Positions 34,836 to 43,559 of a stretch of DNA of 62,695 bases are shown piece after piece. The notes under the pieces were generated by a model, which was not told the origin of the DNA, searched no databases, and was given only the letters and a program-made list of their open reading frames with translations. The stretch is taken from contig CAAGDE010000071.1 of the NCBI GenBank assembly GCA_900768535.1, positions 1 to 62,695 of the forward strand, in the 5' to 3' direction. The position numbers were made by a program, and so were the translations under genes. This stretch comes from Clostridia bacterium. Lineage in GTDB: Bacteria; Bacillota; Clostridia; Oscillospirales; CAG-272. Numbering within the stretch: the first letter of the stretch is position 1; each line of letters starts with the position of its first letter.

Positions 34836-37800
34836 ATGAAACAAAAGTTCAGACAACACATTGCGGGACTGCTGGCACTGGTCATGCTGCTGTCCGTCAT
34901 TCCCATGACCGCATCGGCAGACGGGGCGGCATCCGACCTTTCCATCGGCACGTTTGCGGAATTGCAGGCGTTTGCCGAAGCGGTGAACGGCGGGGAGACC
35001 TTTGCGGGCAGGACCGTGACGCTGACGGTGAATGTCTATCTCGGCGGCGAGAGCAATCCGTGGACGGCAATCGGCACGTCCTCGCATCCGTTCAGGGGAA
35101 CATTTGACGGAAACGGTCACGTCATCAGCGGACTTTACATTGCATCCGGCTCGTCCGTCGGCTTCTTCGGTGAGGTCAACGGGGGAACGGTGAAGAATCT
35201 GGTGGTCTGCGGGGAGGTCACGGGATCGTCAAATGTTGCCGGCGTGGTCGGAAAACTGACTGCCGGGAAGGTTACGGACTGCGGCAACGAAGCAACCGTA
35301 AAAGGCGGCTCCGGCGTCGGCGGCGTGGTCGGCTACGTCAACGGGGACTGCACGGTCAGCGGATGCTACAACCGGGGCGATATCAGCGGCACCACCGGCT
35401 ACATCGGCGGTGTGACCGGTCAGCACTGGCGCGCGGGGGTCGTGGAGAACTGCTACAATGCAGGACGTGTAACGGGTCCCGCAACGGTCGGCGGCGTGGC
35501 AGGCGGTCACAAGGCGGCGTCTCCGGTTCTGCGCAACTGCTACAACGCGGGCAGCGTGGTGGACTCTGCCGGGAATTCCAACAACATCGGCGCGGTTCTC
35601 GGCGGCAGTCGCGGCGGGAGCAACACCAACTGCTACTACCTTGCGGGAACCGGAGCCAACAGCAAGGACGGCATTACCGAGGTGACCGCACTGACAGCTG
35701 CCATGCTGGGCGATGCATTCACGGACGGTGACGGGCTGCCCGCTCTGGCGTGGGAGTCCTCGGTCTCTGCCGACACGCCGGTGCGCCCGGAATTTGTGGA
35801 GGGGACGGAGCGCTCGGCACAGCTTGCCGCATACATCCGGGCGGCGGTGAAGAGCGCGAAGACGCACGGCGGCGTGAGCGGAACGCTGCTGGGCAGTGAG
35901 AAATTCACTTCCGGGGCAAGCTCCACCGCAACCGACTGGCTGGCGCTTGCCATGGGGCGGTTCGGGCACCGGGACGGCGACGCCTATGTGAATCTGATTG
36001 ACGACGGCACCGGGTATGCGGATTATCTTGCCGCAATGAAGGCATATATCGAAAAGACCTACGCGGAAAACAACGGCGCACTGCACAGCGTCAAGGCGAC
36101 CGAATGGCACCGGGCGGTGGTTGCAATCGCGGCACTGGGCGGCGACCCGACCGATTTCGGCACCTGCAACGGTCAGCCCATCAACCTGATTGCGGACGGC
36201 AGCTACAACTGCGTACTGAAAGCCGGTCCCGGCGGACAGGGCATCAACGGCTGGATCTGGGGGCTGATTGCCATGGATACCGGCAGTTATGCAATCCCTG
36301 CCGATGCGAAATACAGCCGGGAGACCTTCATCACCGAAATTCTGAAGCTGCAGCTGACGGACGGTGTGCAGGGGAATGCCTACGGCGGCTGGGTGCTCGG
36401 CGGCTTCGGTTCGCGGTCGGATGCGGACATCACCGCCATGGCGATCCAGGCGCTGGCCCCGTACTACAATGACGATACGGTTTATACCTATGTCAACGAA
36501 AACAGCAAAACGGAGGTTTCCCGGACCGTCCGTCAGTGCGTGAACGAAGCGCTGGACGTTCTCGGCACCATGCAGAACGAAAACGGCGGCTTTGCTTCGT
36601 GGGGCACGGACAATGTGGAGAGCGTTTCGCAGGTTGTGGTGGCGCTCACGGCACTCGGAATCAACCCGGCAGAGGATGCGCGTTTCATCACCCGAAGCGG
36701 CAGGACGCTCTTTGACGGAATGCTGCGCTTCCTGCTCCCGGACGGCGGCTTCTGCCATGTGAAGGACGGCGGCTGGAACGCGATGGCAAACGATCAGGCA
36801 ACCTACGCGCTGGTTTCCTACTGGAGACTGGAGAACGGTCTGCGCGCGCTGTACGATATGCGTGCGGGCATGACGGAGGAGACGGGAGCGGCAATCCGCG
36901 CGGCAAAGGATGCCATCCGTGCGGCAGACGACCCCACGGCGGCGGACTATCGGGCACAGCTGAAGGCGGCGCTTGCGCTGTTCCGTGCGGTGCCGGCAGA
37001 GGAGCGCCGTTATGTCGGAAGCTACAACGCGCTCGCGTCCGCCGTGGAACTGGTCGGCGGCGAAGCGGCGCTGGACACGGACGCACCGTATATCGTTTCA
37101 ATCGGAATCACAAAGCATCCGGACAAAACGCGCTACACGGAAGGGGAACTGTTCGACCCCGCCGGCATGACTGTGACGGCGACCTACAATGACGGGCACA
37201 CCGCCCCCGTGACGGATTACCGGCTGTCGCACACCGGAAAGCTGGTGTTGGGCGACATGGCGGTGACGGTCATCTGCGGGATCCTCCGGGCAGAGCTTCC
37301 GATTGAAGTGCTGGAGTGGATGCCCTGGGAGGGAGACGGAAGCACGGAGAACCCCTACCGGATCGGAACGGCGGCGGAGCTCTGCGCGCTTGCGGAAAAG
37401 GTCAACAAGGGCAATCCGTTTACGGGCGTGACCTTTGTCATGACGGCAAATCTGGATCTTAGCGGAATTTCCGAATGGACGCCGATCGGCAAATCGTCCG
37501 GCACGCAGTTTGACGGTGTGTTTGACGGGCAGGGGTATGTGATTGACAACCTGGTATCGACTGCGGGCGGACTGTTCGGCTATGTCTGCAGGAACGCGGT
37601 CATCAGAAATGTCGGTGTCGCCAGCGGCGAGATCGGCGCGGAGAATCTTTCGTTCATGGGCGCCATTGCGAAGTGGAGCAACGGTGCGGACTTCATCAAC
37701 TGCTGGAGCGGTGCGGATATCCTCTGCAGCGGCTGGAGCGGCGGCATTGTCGGTACCGTGCGGGACGGCGGCGAGAGCATCATCAAGGGATGCAGCAATG

Positions 37801-38624
37801 TCGGCACGGTCACGGCGCGGGACGGCGCGGTCGGCGGTATCGTCGGACACCTGGCGGCAGGCGGACACGGAACCGAGGTGAACGTCACGGTCACGGACTG
37901 CTACAACGCGGGCACCGTGACAGCGGCTGACAACGCCGGCGGCATCGTCGGCAGAGTGCAGGACGGACACAGCATCCGGAACTGCTACAATGTCGGAAAA
38001 ATCAGTGTTACCGGGGAAAACATCCTGGACGGTGCCGGCGGAATCGCAAGCCTGGTCACCTCCGGGAATACGGTGTCGGATTGCTATTATCTGGCCGACA
38101 GGACGTCCTGCGGTATCTCAAGCGGCAACGACACGACCGAGGGAAAGACAGCGGAGGAGCTGCGGGCGGACGAAATGCTGTCGCTCCTTGGCGAGAGCTT
38201 CAAGCGGGACCCCTACGGACTGGTGAACGCCGGCTTCCCGCTGCTCGCGTGGCAGAAGACCGGGGACGCGGACGCCGTTGACGCGGTAAGGGATGCCATT
38301 GCGGCAATCGGGAATGTGACAAAGGACAGCGCGGACGCTGTCCGTGCGGCGCGGGAAGCGTACAATGCGCTCCCGGAGGACCTGCGGAAGCTGGTGGAGA
38401 ACGCCGGCGTGCTGACTGCGGCGGAGGCGGCACTGGAGGCACTCCGCCGGCCGGAGGAAACCGATGAAACCCGGGCGCCCGATCCTGCTGCAGATGCGGA
38501 TTCATCCGGCGGAAGCGAAGAGCCGGTTCCGCTCGGCTGTGCTTCCGGGGTGACCTGCGGGCTCTGGCTTGCGGCGGTTCTCGGAATGGCGGCTGCGGGG
38601 GGATTCGGAAAACGGAGAAGATAA
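34836..38624 (+). CDS. Giant secreted surface protein: GLUG-type beta-helix, alpha/alpha-toroid (prenyltransferase/transcobalamin-alpha-like), Ig-like domain, second GLUG beta-helix, C-terminal anchor
   Basis: ORF 34623-38624. GAGGAGGAGAAAAAC precedes the ATG at 34836. Signal peptide LLALVMLLSVIPMTASA. GLUG-like repeats (GGV.G......V.NCYN.G.V). Toroid motifs GINGWIWGLIAMD, DITAMAIQALAPYY, NGGFASWGTDNVESVSQVVVALTALGINP, PDGGFCH. C-terminus LGCASGVTCGLWLAAVLGMAAAGGFGKRRR. Confidence 0.85.
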   Translation: MKQKFRQHIAGLLALVMLLSVIPMTASADGAASDLSIGTFAELQAFAEAVNGGETFAGRTVTLTVNVYLGGESNPWTAIGTSSHPFRGTFDGNGHVISGLYIASGSSVGFFGEVNGGTVKNLVVCGEVTGSSNVAGVVGKLTAGKVTDCGNEATVKGGSGVGGVVGYVNGDCTVSGCYNRGDISGTTGYIGGVTGQHWRAGVVENCYNAGRVTGPATVGGVAGGHKAASPVLRNCYNAGSVVDSAGNSNNIGAVLGGSRGGSNTNCYYLAGTGANSKDGITEVTALTAAMLGDAFTDGDGLPALAWESSVSADTPVRPEFVEGTERSAQLAAYIRAAVKSAKTHGGVSGTLLGSEKFTSGASSTATDWLALAMGRFGHRDGDAYVNLIDDGTGYADYLAAMKAYIEKTYAENNGALHSVKATEWHRAVVAIAALGGDPTDFGTCNGQPINLIADGSYNCVLKAGPGGQGINGWIWGLIAMDTGSYAIPADAKYSRETFITEILKLQLTDGVQGNAYGGWVLGGFGSRSDADITAMAIQALAPYYNDDTVYTYVNENSKTEVSRTVRQCVNEALDVLGTMQNENGGFASWGTDNVESVSQVVVALTALGINPAEDARFITRSGRTLFDGMLRFLLPDGGFCHVKDGGWNAMANDQATYALVSYWRLENGLRALYDMRAGMTEETGAAIRAAKDAIRAADDPTAADYRAQLKAALALFRAVPAEERRYVGSYNALASAVELVGGEAALDTDAPYIVSIGITKHPDKTRYTEGELFDPAGMTVTATYNDGHTAPVTDYRLSHTGKLVLGDMAVTVICGILRAELPIEVLEWMPWEGDGSTENPYRIGTAAELCALAEKVNKGNPFTGVTFVMTANLDLSGISEWTPIGKSSGTQFDGVFDGQGYVIDNLVSTAGGLFGYVCRNAVIRNVGVASGEIGAENLSFMGAIAKWSNGADFINCWSGADILCSGWSGGIVGTVRDGGESIIKGCSNVGTVTARDGAVGGIVGHLAAGGHGTEVNVTVTDCYNAGTVTAADNAGGIVGRVQDGHSIRNCYNVGKISVTGENILDGAGGIASLVTSGNTVSDCYYLADRTSCGISSGNDTTEGKTAEELRADEMLSLLGESFKRDPYGLVNAGFPLLAWQKTGDADAVDAVRDAIAAIGNVTKDSADAVRAAREAYNALPEDLRKLVENAGVLTAAEAALEALRRPEETDETRAPDPAADADSSGGSEEPVPLGCASGVTCGLWLAAVLGMAAAGGFGKRRR

Positions 38625-38645
38625 GACGCTCCGGGGAGGAGAAAG

Positions 38646-39932
38646 ATGCGGATCTGCAAACGGATTTTGGGGTGGCTCTGCACCGTGCTGGTGCTGGGCT
38701 GTCTGCTCCCGGCGGTACGGTCGGGGGCAATCGCGGGACCGACGGTCACAACAACCCTGACCGACGGTGCCGAACAGCGCGGCAGCAGAAAAACCTTTGA
38801 CGTATGGGCGCGGAACGCCGCCGGTGAGAAAATCCGCGCAACCGTCCGGCTCAACGGGCAAAAGCTGGAGCCGACCTGGGACGACAACGAAAAAACAAGC
38901 TATACGGCGGTCTTTACCGAGGAGGGCGAGAACCGGATTACGGTTACCGCCTCGTCCGACGGCGGCAGAAGGACCGAGCGGACCTACCGCATCCACTACC
39001 GCCGCGCACAGGCGGGGGAGGAGATCGGAAGGGCGGTCTGGAGCGTGGAAGCCTTCAGCATCGGGTGCGGCTACCTGGTGGAGCCGGTGGAGGTGCCGAT
39101 TAGGGAGGGCGAGACTGCCGCGGAACAGCTGCTGCGCCTGCTGGCGGAGCATGGCTTGGTCGGCTACCACGGCGGAACGGTGAAAGCCTCGTTCTACCTT
39201 GCCTACATTGCGGACGGCACGGCATCCGGCGAGCGCTACAACGGCTATCAGAAAGGTCCCTCCCCGGAGAACCCGCGGACGCTGGGGCTGACACCGGCAA
39301 TCCCCTCCGTGCTGATCCCGCACCTGGAGGAAAGCATGACCTTTTTCGACCCGGACGATTACACGAAAAACTGGGTCGGCTACCTGGGGGAATTCGCATT
39401 CTCCAACGGCTCCGGCTGGATGTACGCGGTCAACAACGTTTTCCCGAATGTCGGGTTTGCCGACAGCTACCTCTCCGACGGGGATGTGGTGCGGGTGCAG
39501 TTCACGCTGGGATACGGCGCGGACATCGGCGGCGCGGCGGCGATGGGCACGGATATGCCGGACGGCGGAACGGTTCCTGCCGGCGGCTATTTCCCGGTGG
39601 CAAATAAGGATCAGCTGACAAAAGCCGTCTGCCGCGCGCGGGTGTCCGGACTGCTCTCCCGCGCCCATGTGGAAAACGCTTACCGCGCGGCGTTGGCGGT
39701 GATGACAACCCCGGACGCAACGCAAAAATCCGTGGATGATGCCGCGGCGGCACTGGCGGAGGCGGTTGCACATCCGGACAGTGAAACATCGCAGACCTCG
39801 GAGCCGGGCACCGGAGCCGCGGCGGAACCGGCGGGCTGTTCTTCCGTGCTGACCTCCGGTACGGTCGTCTGCATCCTGCCGGCTGTCTGCATCCTTGCGG
39901 TGCTTTCCCGGAAGCGGAGAGGGGACGCATGA
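38646..39932 (+). CDS. Secreted, C-terminally anchored protein with Ig-like domain and DUF4430 (transcobalamin C-terminal-like) domain
   Basis: 428 aa. GGAGGAG RBS and a signal-like N-terminus. DUF4430 signature NGSGWMYAVNNVFPNVGFADSYLSDGDVVRVQFTLGYGADIGG. C-terminus AGCSSVLTSGTVVCILPAVCILAVLSRKRR. Confidence 0.8.
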   Translation: MRICKRILGWLCTVLVLGCLLPAVRSGAIAGPTVTTTLTDGAEQRGSRKTFDVWARNAAGEKIRATVRLNGQKLEPTWDDNEKTSYTAVFTEEGENRITVTASSDGGRRTERTYRIHYRRAQAGEEIGRAVWSVEAFSIGCGYLVEPVEVPIREGETAAEQLLRLLAEHGLVGYHGGTVKASFYLAYIADGTASGERYNGYQKGPSPENPRTLGLTPAIPSVLIPHLEESMTFFDPDDYTKNWVGYLGEFAFSNGSGWMYAVNNVFPNVGFADSYLSDGDVVRVQFTLGYGADIGGAAAMGTDMPDGGTVPAGGYFPVANKDQLTKAVCRARVSGLLSRAHVENAYRAALAVMTTPDATQKSVDDAAAALAEAVAHPDSETSQTSEPGTGAAAEPAGCSSVLTSGTVVCILPAVCILAVLSRKRRGDA

Positions 39933-41788
39933 AGCGGCTTCTCTGTGCGCTCCTGTGCCTGCTGCTTCTCGGTGCCGGTTTCGTTCCGGTACGGGCGGAA
40001 GCCGACCCGTTCCTGACGGTTGCGGAGGGGATCATCGCGTGGAAAAAGGCGGACGTGGGCTCGGCACCGGACGGATATCTGCTGAACGACACCTGTCTGG
40101 CACTCGCCGGAACGACACCGGGGGACTGGTACCCCATCGGGCTCGGAAGACTGGGCATCGCCGACAACAACGCCGCCTATCTTGCGGTTATCCGCGATCA
40201 GGTGGAACAGCGGTATGCCCTGCCGGGAAAGCTGAGCGCCGCAAAGGCGACCGAATGGCATCGCATTTCCCTTGCCGTGCTTGCCATGGGCGGGGATCCG
40301 ACCGCGCTCGGCACCGATGCGGACGGGAATCCGATCAATCTGATCGCGGACGGGACCTATGACCGCGGAAAGACCGCATCGCTCGGCAGGCAGGGCATCA
40401 ACGGCTGGATCTGGGGGCTGATTGCGCTGGACAGCCTGCGGTATGAGATCCCCGACGGCGCGGTTTCCTCCCGCGATGATATCCTCCTTGAAATTCTGCG
40501 CCGCCAGCTGGCGGACGGCGGCTTTGCCCTGAGCGGAAAGACCGCCGACCCGGACATCACCGCCATGGCGCTCCAGGCGCTTGCGCCCTACCGCAACAGC
40601 GAAAAGACCTATACCTACACGCAAAAAAGCACGGGGGCACAGGTGACGAAAACCGTCCGCCGGGCGGTGGAGGACGCCGTGGCGTGCCTGTCCGAGCTGC
40701 AGCTGGACACGGGGGACTTTTCCAGCTGGGGAACCGAGAATGTGGAGAGCACCGATCAGGTTACCGTGGCGCTCTGCTGTCTCGGCATCGACCCGCTGAC
40801 CGACCCGCGCTTCATCAAGAACGGGAACACGCTCATGGACGGAATCCTGCGCTACCGCATGGCGGACGGCGGTTTTGTCCACTCCTTTACCTACGATCCC
40901 GACAATCCCACCTCCCGCCCCGATCAGTCCAACACCATGGCGGGGGAGCAGACGCTTTACACCATGGCGGCGCTGTGGCGGCAGAAAAACGGAATGCGCA
41001 CGCTGTACGATTTCCGCCCGGAGCAGAGCGCGGCATTGCGGGAGCGGATCCGGGCGCTGGAGACGCGCATTGCCGCCGTCAGCCCAAAGACGGATGCGGC
41101 GGAGCTGGAACGCCTCCTGCGGGATTTCTACGCACTTCCCGAAACCGAGCGGTGCTATGTGAACGGCTATTGGGCGCTCTCCGATGCGGCACGGGCGGCG
41201 GGTGTGGATGTCGGCGGAATTGCGGACACCACGCAGGTGATCGAAAGCCCGGATGAAGCGCCGGACGACCGACCGCTCCTGTCCTTTTCCCCGTCCGACC
41301 GCGCGGCGGTGGACGCTCTGCCGGAGCGACTGACGACCGGGCAGTATGTGACGGTCACGACCCTGCTTGACAAGCTGCGGCAGTGCGAGCCGTTTGATGG
41401 GATGGAGACGTACCTCGCCCGGCTGACCGCGGCAAAGCAGACCATTGCGGCAATCCGGGCGGAGATTGACAGCATCAATGCGGAGATCCGGGAGAAGCTC
41501 TACCCGTTCGAGGGCATTTCGCTGAAGGATAAGAACACGGTGGACGGTATCGTGGCGCGGTACCTTGCGCTGAGTGAATACGACCGCACGAGGATTGACC
41601 GCTGGGAGGATGTCGTCAAGACCAAAACCAAGATCGACAACCTGCTGCGCGGCATTCTCATCGGTGTCGTCCTCGGCGTGATTGCGGCAGTCACCGCAGT
41701 TTTCCTGGTGCGCCGGATCCGGAAGCGGCGGCACCGCAAGGAGCGGGAAATGGAAGAACTTTCCGCACAGTACCGGGATGAGGAATAG
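39929..41788 (+). CDS. Secreted, TM-anchored alpha/alpha-toroid (prenyltransferase/transcobalamin-alpha-like) protein
   Basis: 619 aa. ATGA overlap with the upstream gene. Signal peptide LLCALLCLLLLGAGFVPVRA. Motifs GINGWIWGLIALD, DITAMALQALAPY, TGDFSSWGTENVESTDQVTVALCCLGIDP and ADGGFVHS are paralogous to the toroid of the 1262-aa protein. C-terminal TM ILIGVVLGVIAAVTAVFLV plus a basic tail. Confidence 0.8.
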   Translation: MKRLLCALLCLLLLGAGFVPVRAEADPFLTVAEGIIAWKKADVGSAPDGYLLNDTCLALAGTTPGDWYPIGLGRLGIADNNAAYLAVIRDQVEQRYALPGKLSAAKATEWHRISLAVLAMGGDPTALGTDADGNPINLIADGTYDRGKTASLGRQGINGWIWGLIALDSLRYEIPDGAVSSRDDILLEILRRQLADGGFALSGKTADPDITAMALQALAPYRNSEKTYTYTQKSTGAQVTKTVRRAVEDAVACLSELQLDTGDFSSWGTENVESTDQVTVALCCLGIDPLTDPRFIKNGNTLMDGILRYRMADGGFVHSFTYDPDNPTSRPDQSNTMAGEQTLYTMAALWRQKNGMRTLYDFRPEQSAALRERIRALETRIAAVSPKTDAAELERLLRDFYALPETERCYVNGYWALSDAARAAGVDVGGIADTTQVIESPDEAPDDRPLLSFSPSDRAAVDALPERLTTGQYVTVTTLLDKLRQCEPFDGMETYLARLTAAKQTIAAIRAEIDSINAEIREKLYPFEGISLKDKNTVDGIVARYLALSEYDRTRIDRWEDVVKTKTKIDNLLRGILIGVVLGVIAAVTAVFLVRRIRKRRHRKEREMEELSAQYRDEE

Positions 41789-41817
41789 GGGGATGAGGGC
41801 GAAATCGGCGAGCGCAC
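41788..41817. repeat. Solo arm fragment of repeat family A inside the B12-regulated operon
   Basis: GGATGAGGGCGAAATCGGCGAG (41791-41812) is identical to the arm at 3899-3920. It starts at the stop codon of the toroid gene. Confidence 0.7.
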
Positions 41818-41880
41818 TGTTTAGATTCCATTGCTTTCCCGAATTGCAGTCATTTTACACGGATGGGGGGATGAGACGCT

Positions 41881-42435
41881 GTGAAGAAGGACATTCTTGC
41901 GATTTTTGTCATTGTTCTGCTGGTCGCGGTGGTAATCAGCGGTACCGAAATTCAGTCGGTGGACGAATACTATCTGACGCATATTGACGACATCACGCCC
42001 GACAGTGAAACGGTGACACTCTCCATCCGGTGCGATACCATCCTGCAAAATTATGATGCGCTTGACCCTGCCCTGCGGAGTGACGAATTCGTCCCGCCGG
42101 ACGGAATCATCCTGCCGCCCACCGTCTACGTCCTCCGTCCGGGCGACACCGTGTTTGACATTCTCGACCGTGCGGCGCGCTACAACAAGATTCAGATGGA
42201 GTATCAGGGGGCGAGCGAAAACCATTTCGGAAGCGCGTATATTCAGGGAATCCACTACCTGTATGAGTTCTCCTGCGGACCGTATTCCGGCTGGATGTAC
42301 CGCGTGGACGGCGAATTCCCGAATTACGGCTGTTCCAAATACGTCCTGCGGGACGGACAGACCGTGGAATGGGTCTACACCTGCGACCTCGGAAACGATA
42401 TCGGTTGCGCATGGATGGAAGGAAACGGGCAGTAA
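41881..42435 (+). CDS. N-terminally anchored DUF4430 (transcobalamin C-terminal-like) protein
   Basis: 184 aa, GTG start. TM ILAIFVIVLLVAVVISG. DUF4430 signature VTLSIRCDTIL...GDTVFDILDRA...YSGWMYRVDGEFPNYGCSKYVLRDGQTVEWVYTCDLG. Confidence 0.75.
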   Translation: MKKDILAIFVIVLLVAVVISGTEIQSVDEYYLTHIDDITPDSETVTLSIRCDTILQNYDALDPALRSDEFVPPDGIILPPTVYVLRPGDTVFDILDRAARYNKIQMEYQGASENHFGSAYIQGIHYLYEFSCGPYSGWMYRVDGEFPNYGCSKYVLRDGQTVEWVYTCDLGNDIGCAWMEGNGQ

Positions 42436-42443
42436 AGCTCGCA

Positions 42444-42484
42444 CAGCAAAACGCCGGACGGTTGAAGCCGTCCGGCTTTTGCTG
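42444..42484. terminator. Bidirectional intrinsic terminator closing the B12-regulated operon
   Basis: CAGCAAAAcGCCGGACGG / CCGTCCGGCTTTTGCTG hairpin with flanking A and T runs, between convergent genes. Confidence 0.8.
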
Positions 42485-42513
42485 TTGCCGGAATGTCGCC
42501 GGTGCCCCGCCTG

Positions 42514-43233
42514 TTACAGCGCGTTCAGAATGGTCCGGGCAATGATGCGGTGCCCCTCGTTGCCGGGGTGGAGGCGGTCGGTGTTGACCTTGCTGAAATA
42601 GGCTTGTGCACTTCCGTCAAAGAGCGGGAACAAGCCGCTGTTGCGGTACAGGTCGATCAGTTCAACCGACCAGATGTCCGCCGCCTGCCGCTCCGCGCGG
42701 ATGTATTCATCCAAAAAGTGCCCCGATTTGTTGGAATAGAGTTCGTTGGGCTGAATATTCGTTCCGCCGAAGTACGCGTATGCCCGGTGAAGCGGCGTCA
42801 TCAGGATGACCCGCTTGTCGTAGTACTGCCGCTTGATCCGCTCAAATACGCGGTTGAGCCTGCCGCAGAAGGTGGCGTTATCCATCACGAATTCCCGCTT
42901 GGTACGGGTCGAGAATTCCGTGAACACACCGTCCGCATTGCTGTTGCAGGGGAACTGCTCGGAATGCACGGTCCAGAATTCTCCAATCGGAACGCCCGCG
43001 TTGAAATCGTTGGTTCCGATGAACACAAACAGCGTGGTGAAGCGGGTTCCCACCTCCGCGTCCATCCGGTCCATCTGATCGAACAGCCCCACGGTCTGCG
43101 CGCCGTTCTTTCCGTAGCGGTAGACCGGAATACCGGTCGCCTCATGAATAAAATCGATGTATGTTTTGGTCGCTCCGACCCCCTCGGTGATGCTGTCACC
43201 CAAAAAGCAGAATGTTTCGCCGGTTTCTGTCAT
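42514..43233 (-). CDS. SGNH/GDSL family hydrolase
   Basis: 239 aa. Block I FCFLGDSITEG, GTND block, and a C-terminal D..HP block (DRLHPGNEG). Confidence 0.8.
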   Translation of the reverse strand: MTETGETFCFLGDSITEGVGATKTYIDFIHEATGIPVYRYGKNGAQTVGLFDQMDRMDAEVGTRFTTLFVFIGTNDFNAGVPIGEFWTVHSEQFPCNSNADGVFTEFSTRTKREFVMDNATFCGRLNRVFERIKRQYYDKRVILMTPLHRAYAYFGGTNIQPNELYSNKSGHFLDEYIRAERQAADIWSVELIDLYRNSGLFPLFDGSAQAYFSKVNTDRLHPGNEGHRIIARTILNAL

Positions 43234-43439
43234 GTCAAGACGCTCCTTCTTTTATGTTTCATACAAAGTATAGCATATTGTCGCCCCAAAATCAAGTGGA
43301 TTTCTGTCAAAAGAGCGGAAAAACCGGATTATTTGGTTCTCCGCCTTTTCTTCCATCAAGGGTGACCGGAAACAAAACAATAATTTACAAAAAACAATCC
43401 GAATTGGTCTAAATCATTATATTATTTGCCGAATGAATA

Positions 43440-43448
43440 TGTTACAAT
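43440..43448 (+). promoter_or_regulatory. Extended -10 promoter element upstream of the GLUG gene pair
   Basis: TGtTACAAT at 43440-43448, with only a weak -35. It leaves a leader of ~100 nt with hairpins (CCGCAA..TTGCGG) before the RBS AAAGGAGG. Confidence 0.45.
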
Positions 43449-43559
43449 ACAGGTGAAGCAAGCGTGCCGGACCGAAAAAAGGGGCTCCGGGAACCGCAAT
43501 CGGAGATGCCTTGCGGACGGTTTGGTGTCTTGCGGAAAATCACTCAAAGGAGGAATATC

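Noticed and set aside
34741-34839. Possible 32-codon TTG-initiated leader ORF after GGGAGGAGG, ending in a TGA that overlaps the ATG at 34836
   Set aside because: Only a non-ATG start and a Shine-Dalgarno-like purine run support it, and the peptide has no distinctive features. It is worth a ribosome-profiling look, but the sequence alone gives too little evidence to call it.
35229-36758. 509-aa ORF antisense to the giant surface-protein gene, and 37098-37970, 38213-39773 and 39680-41734 antisense to the other B12-operon genes
   Set aside because: High-GC mirror ORFs. The sense strands have signal peptides, repeats and domain motifs.
43455-43545. Structured ~100-nt leader of the GLUG operon, considered as a possible riboswitch (e.g. 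cyclic-di-GMP)
   Set aside because: I see only generic hairpins (CCGGA..TCCGG, CCGCAA..TTGCGG) and recognise no conserved aptamer core. It is mentioned under the island finding as something to scan against Rfam.
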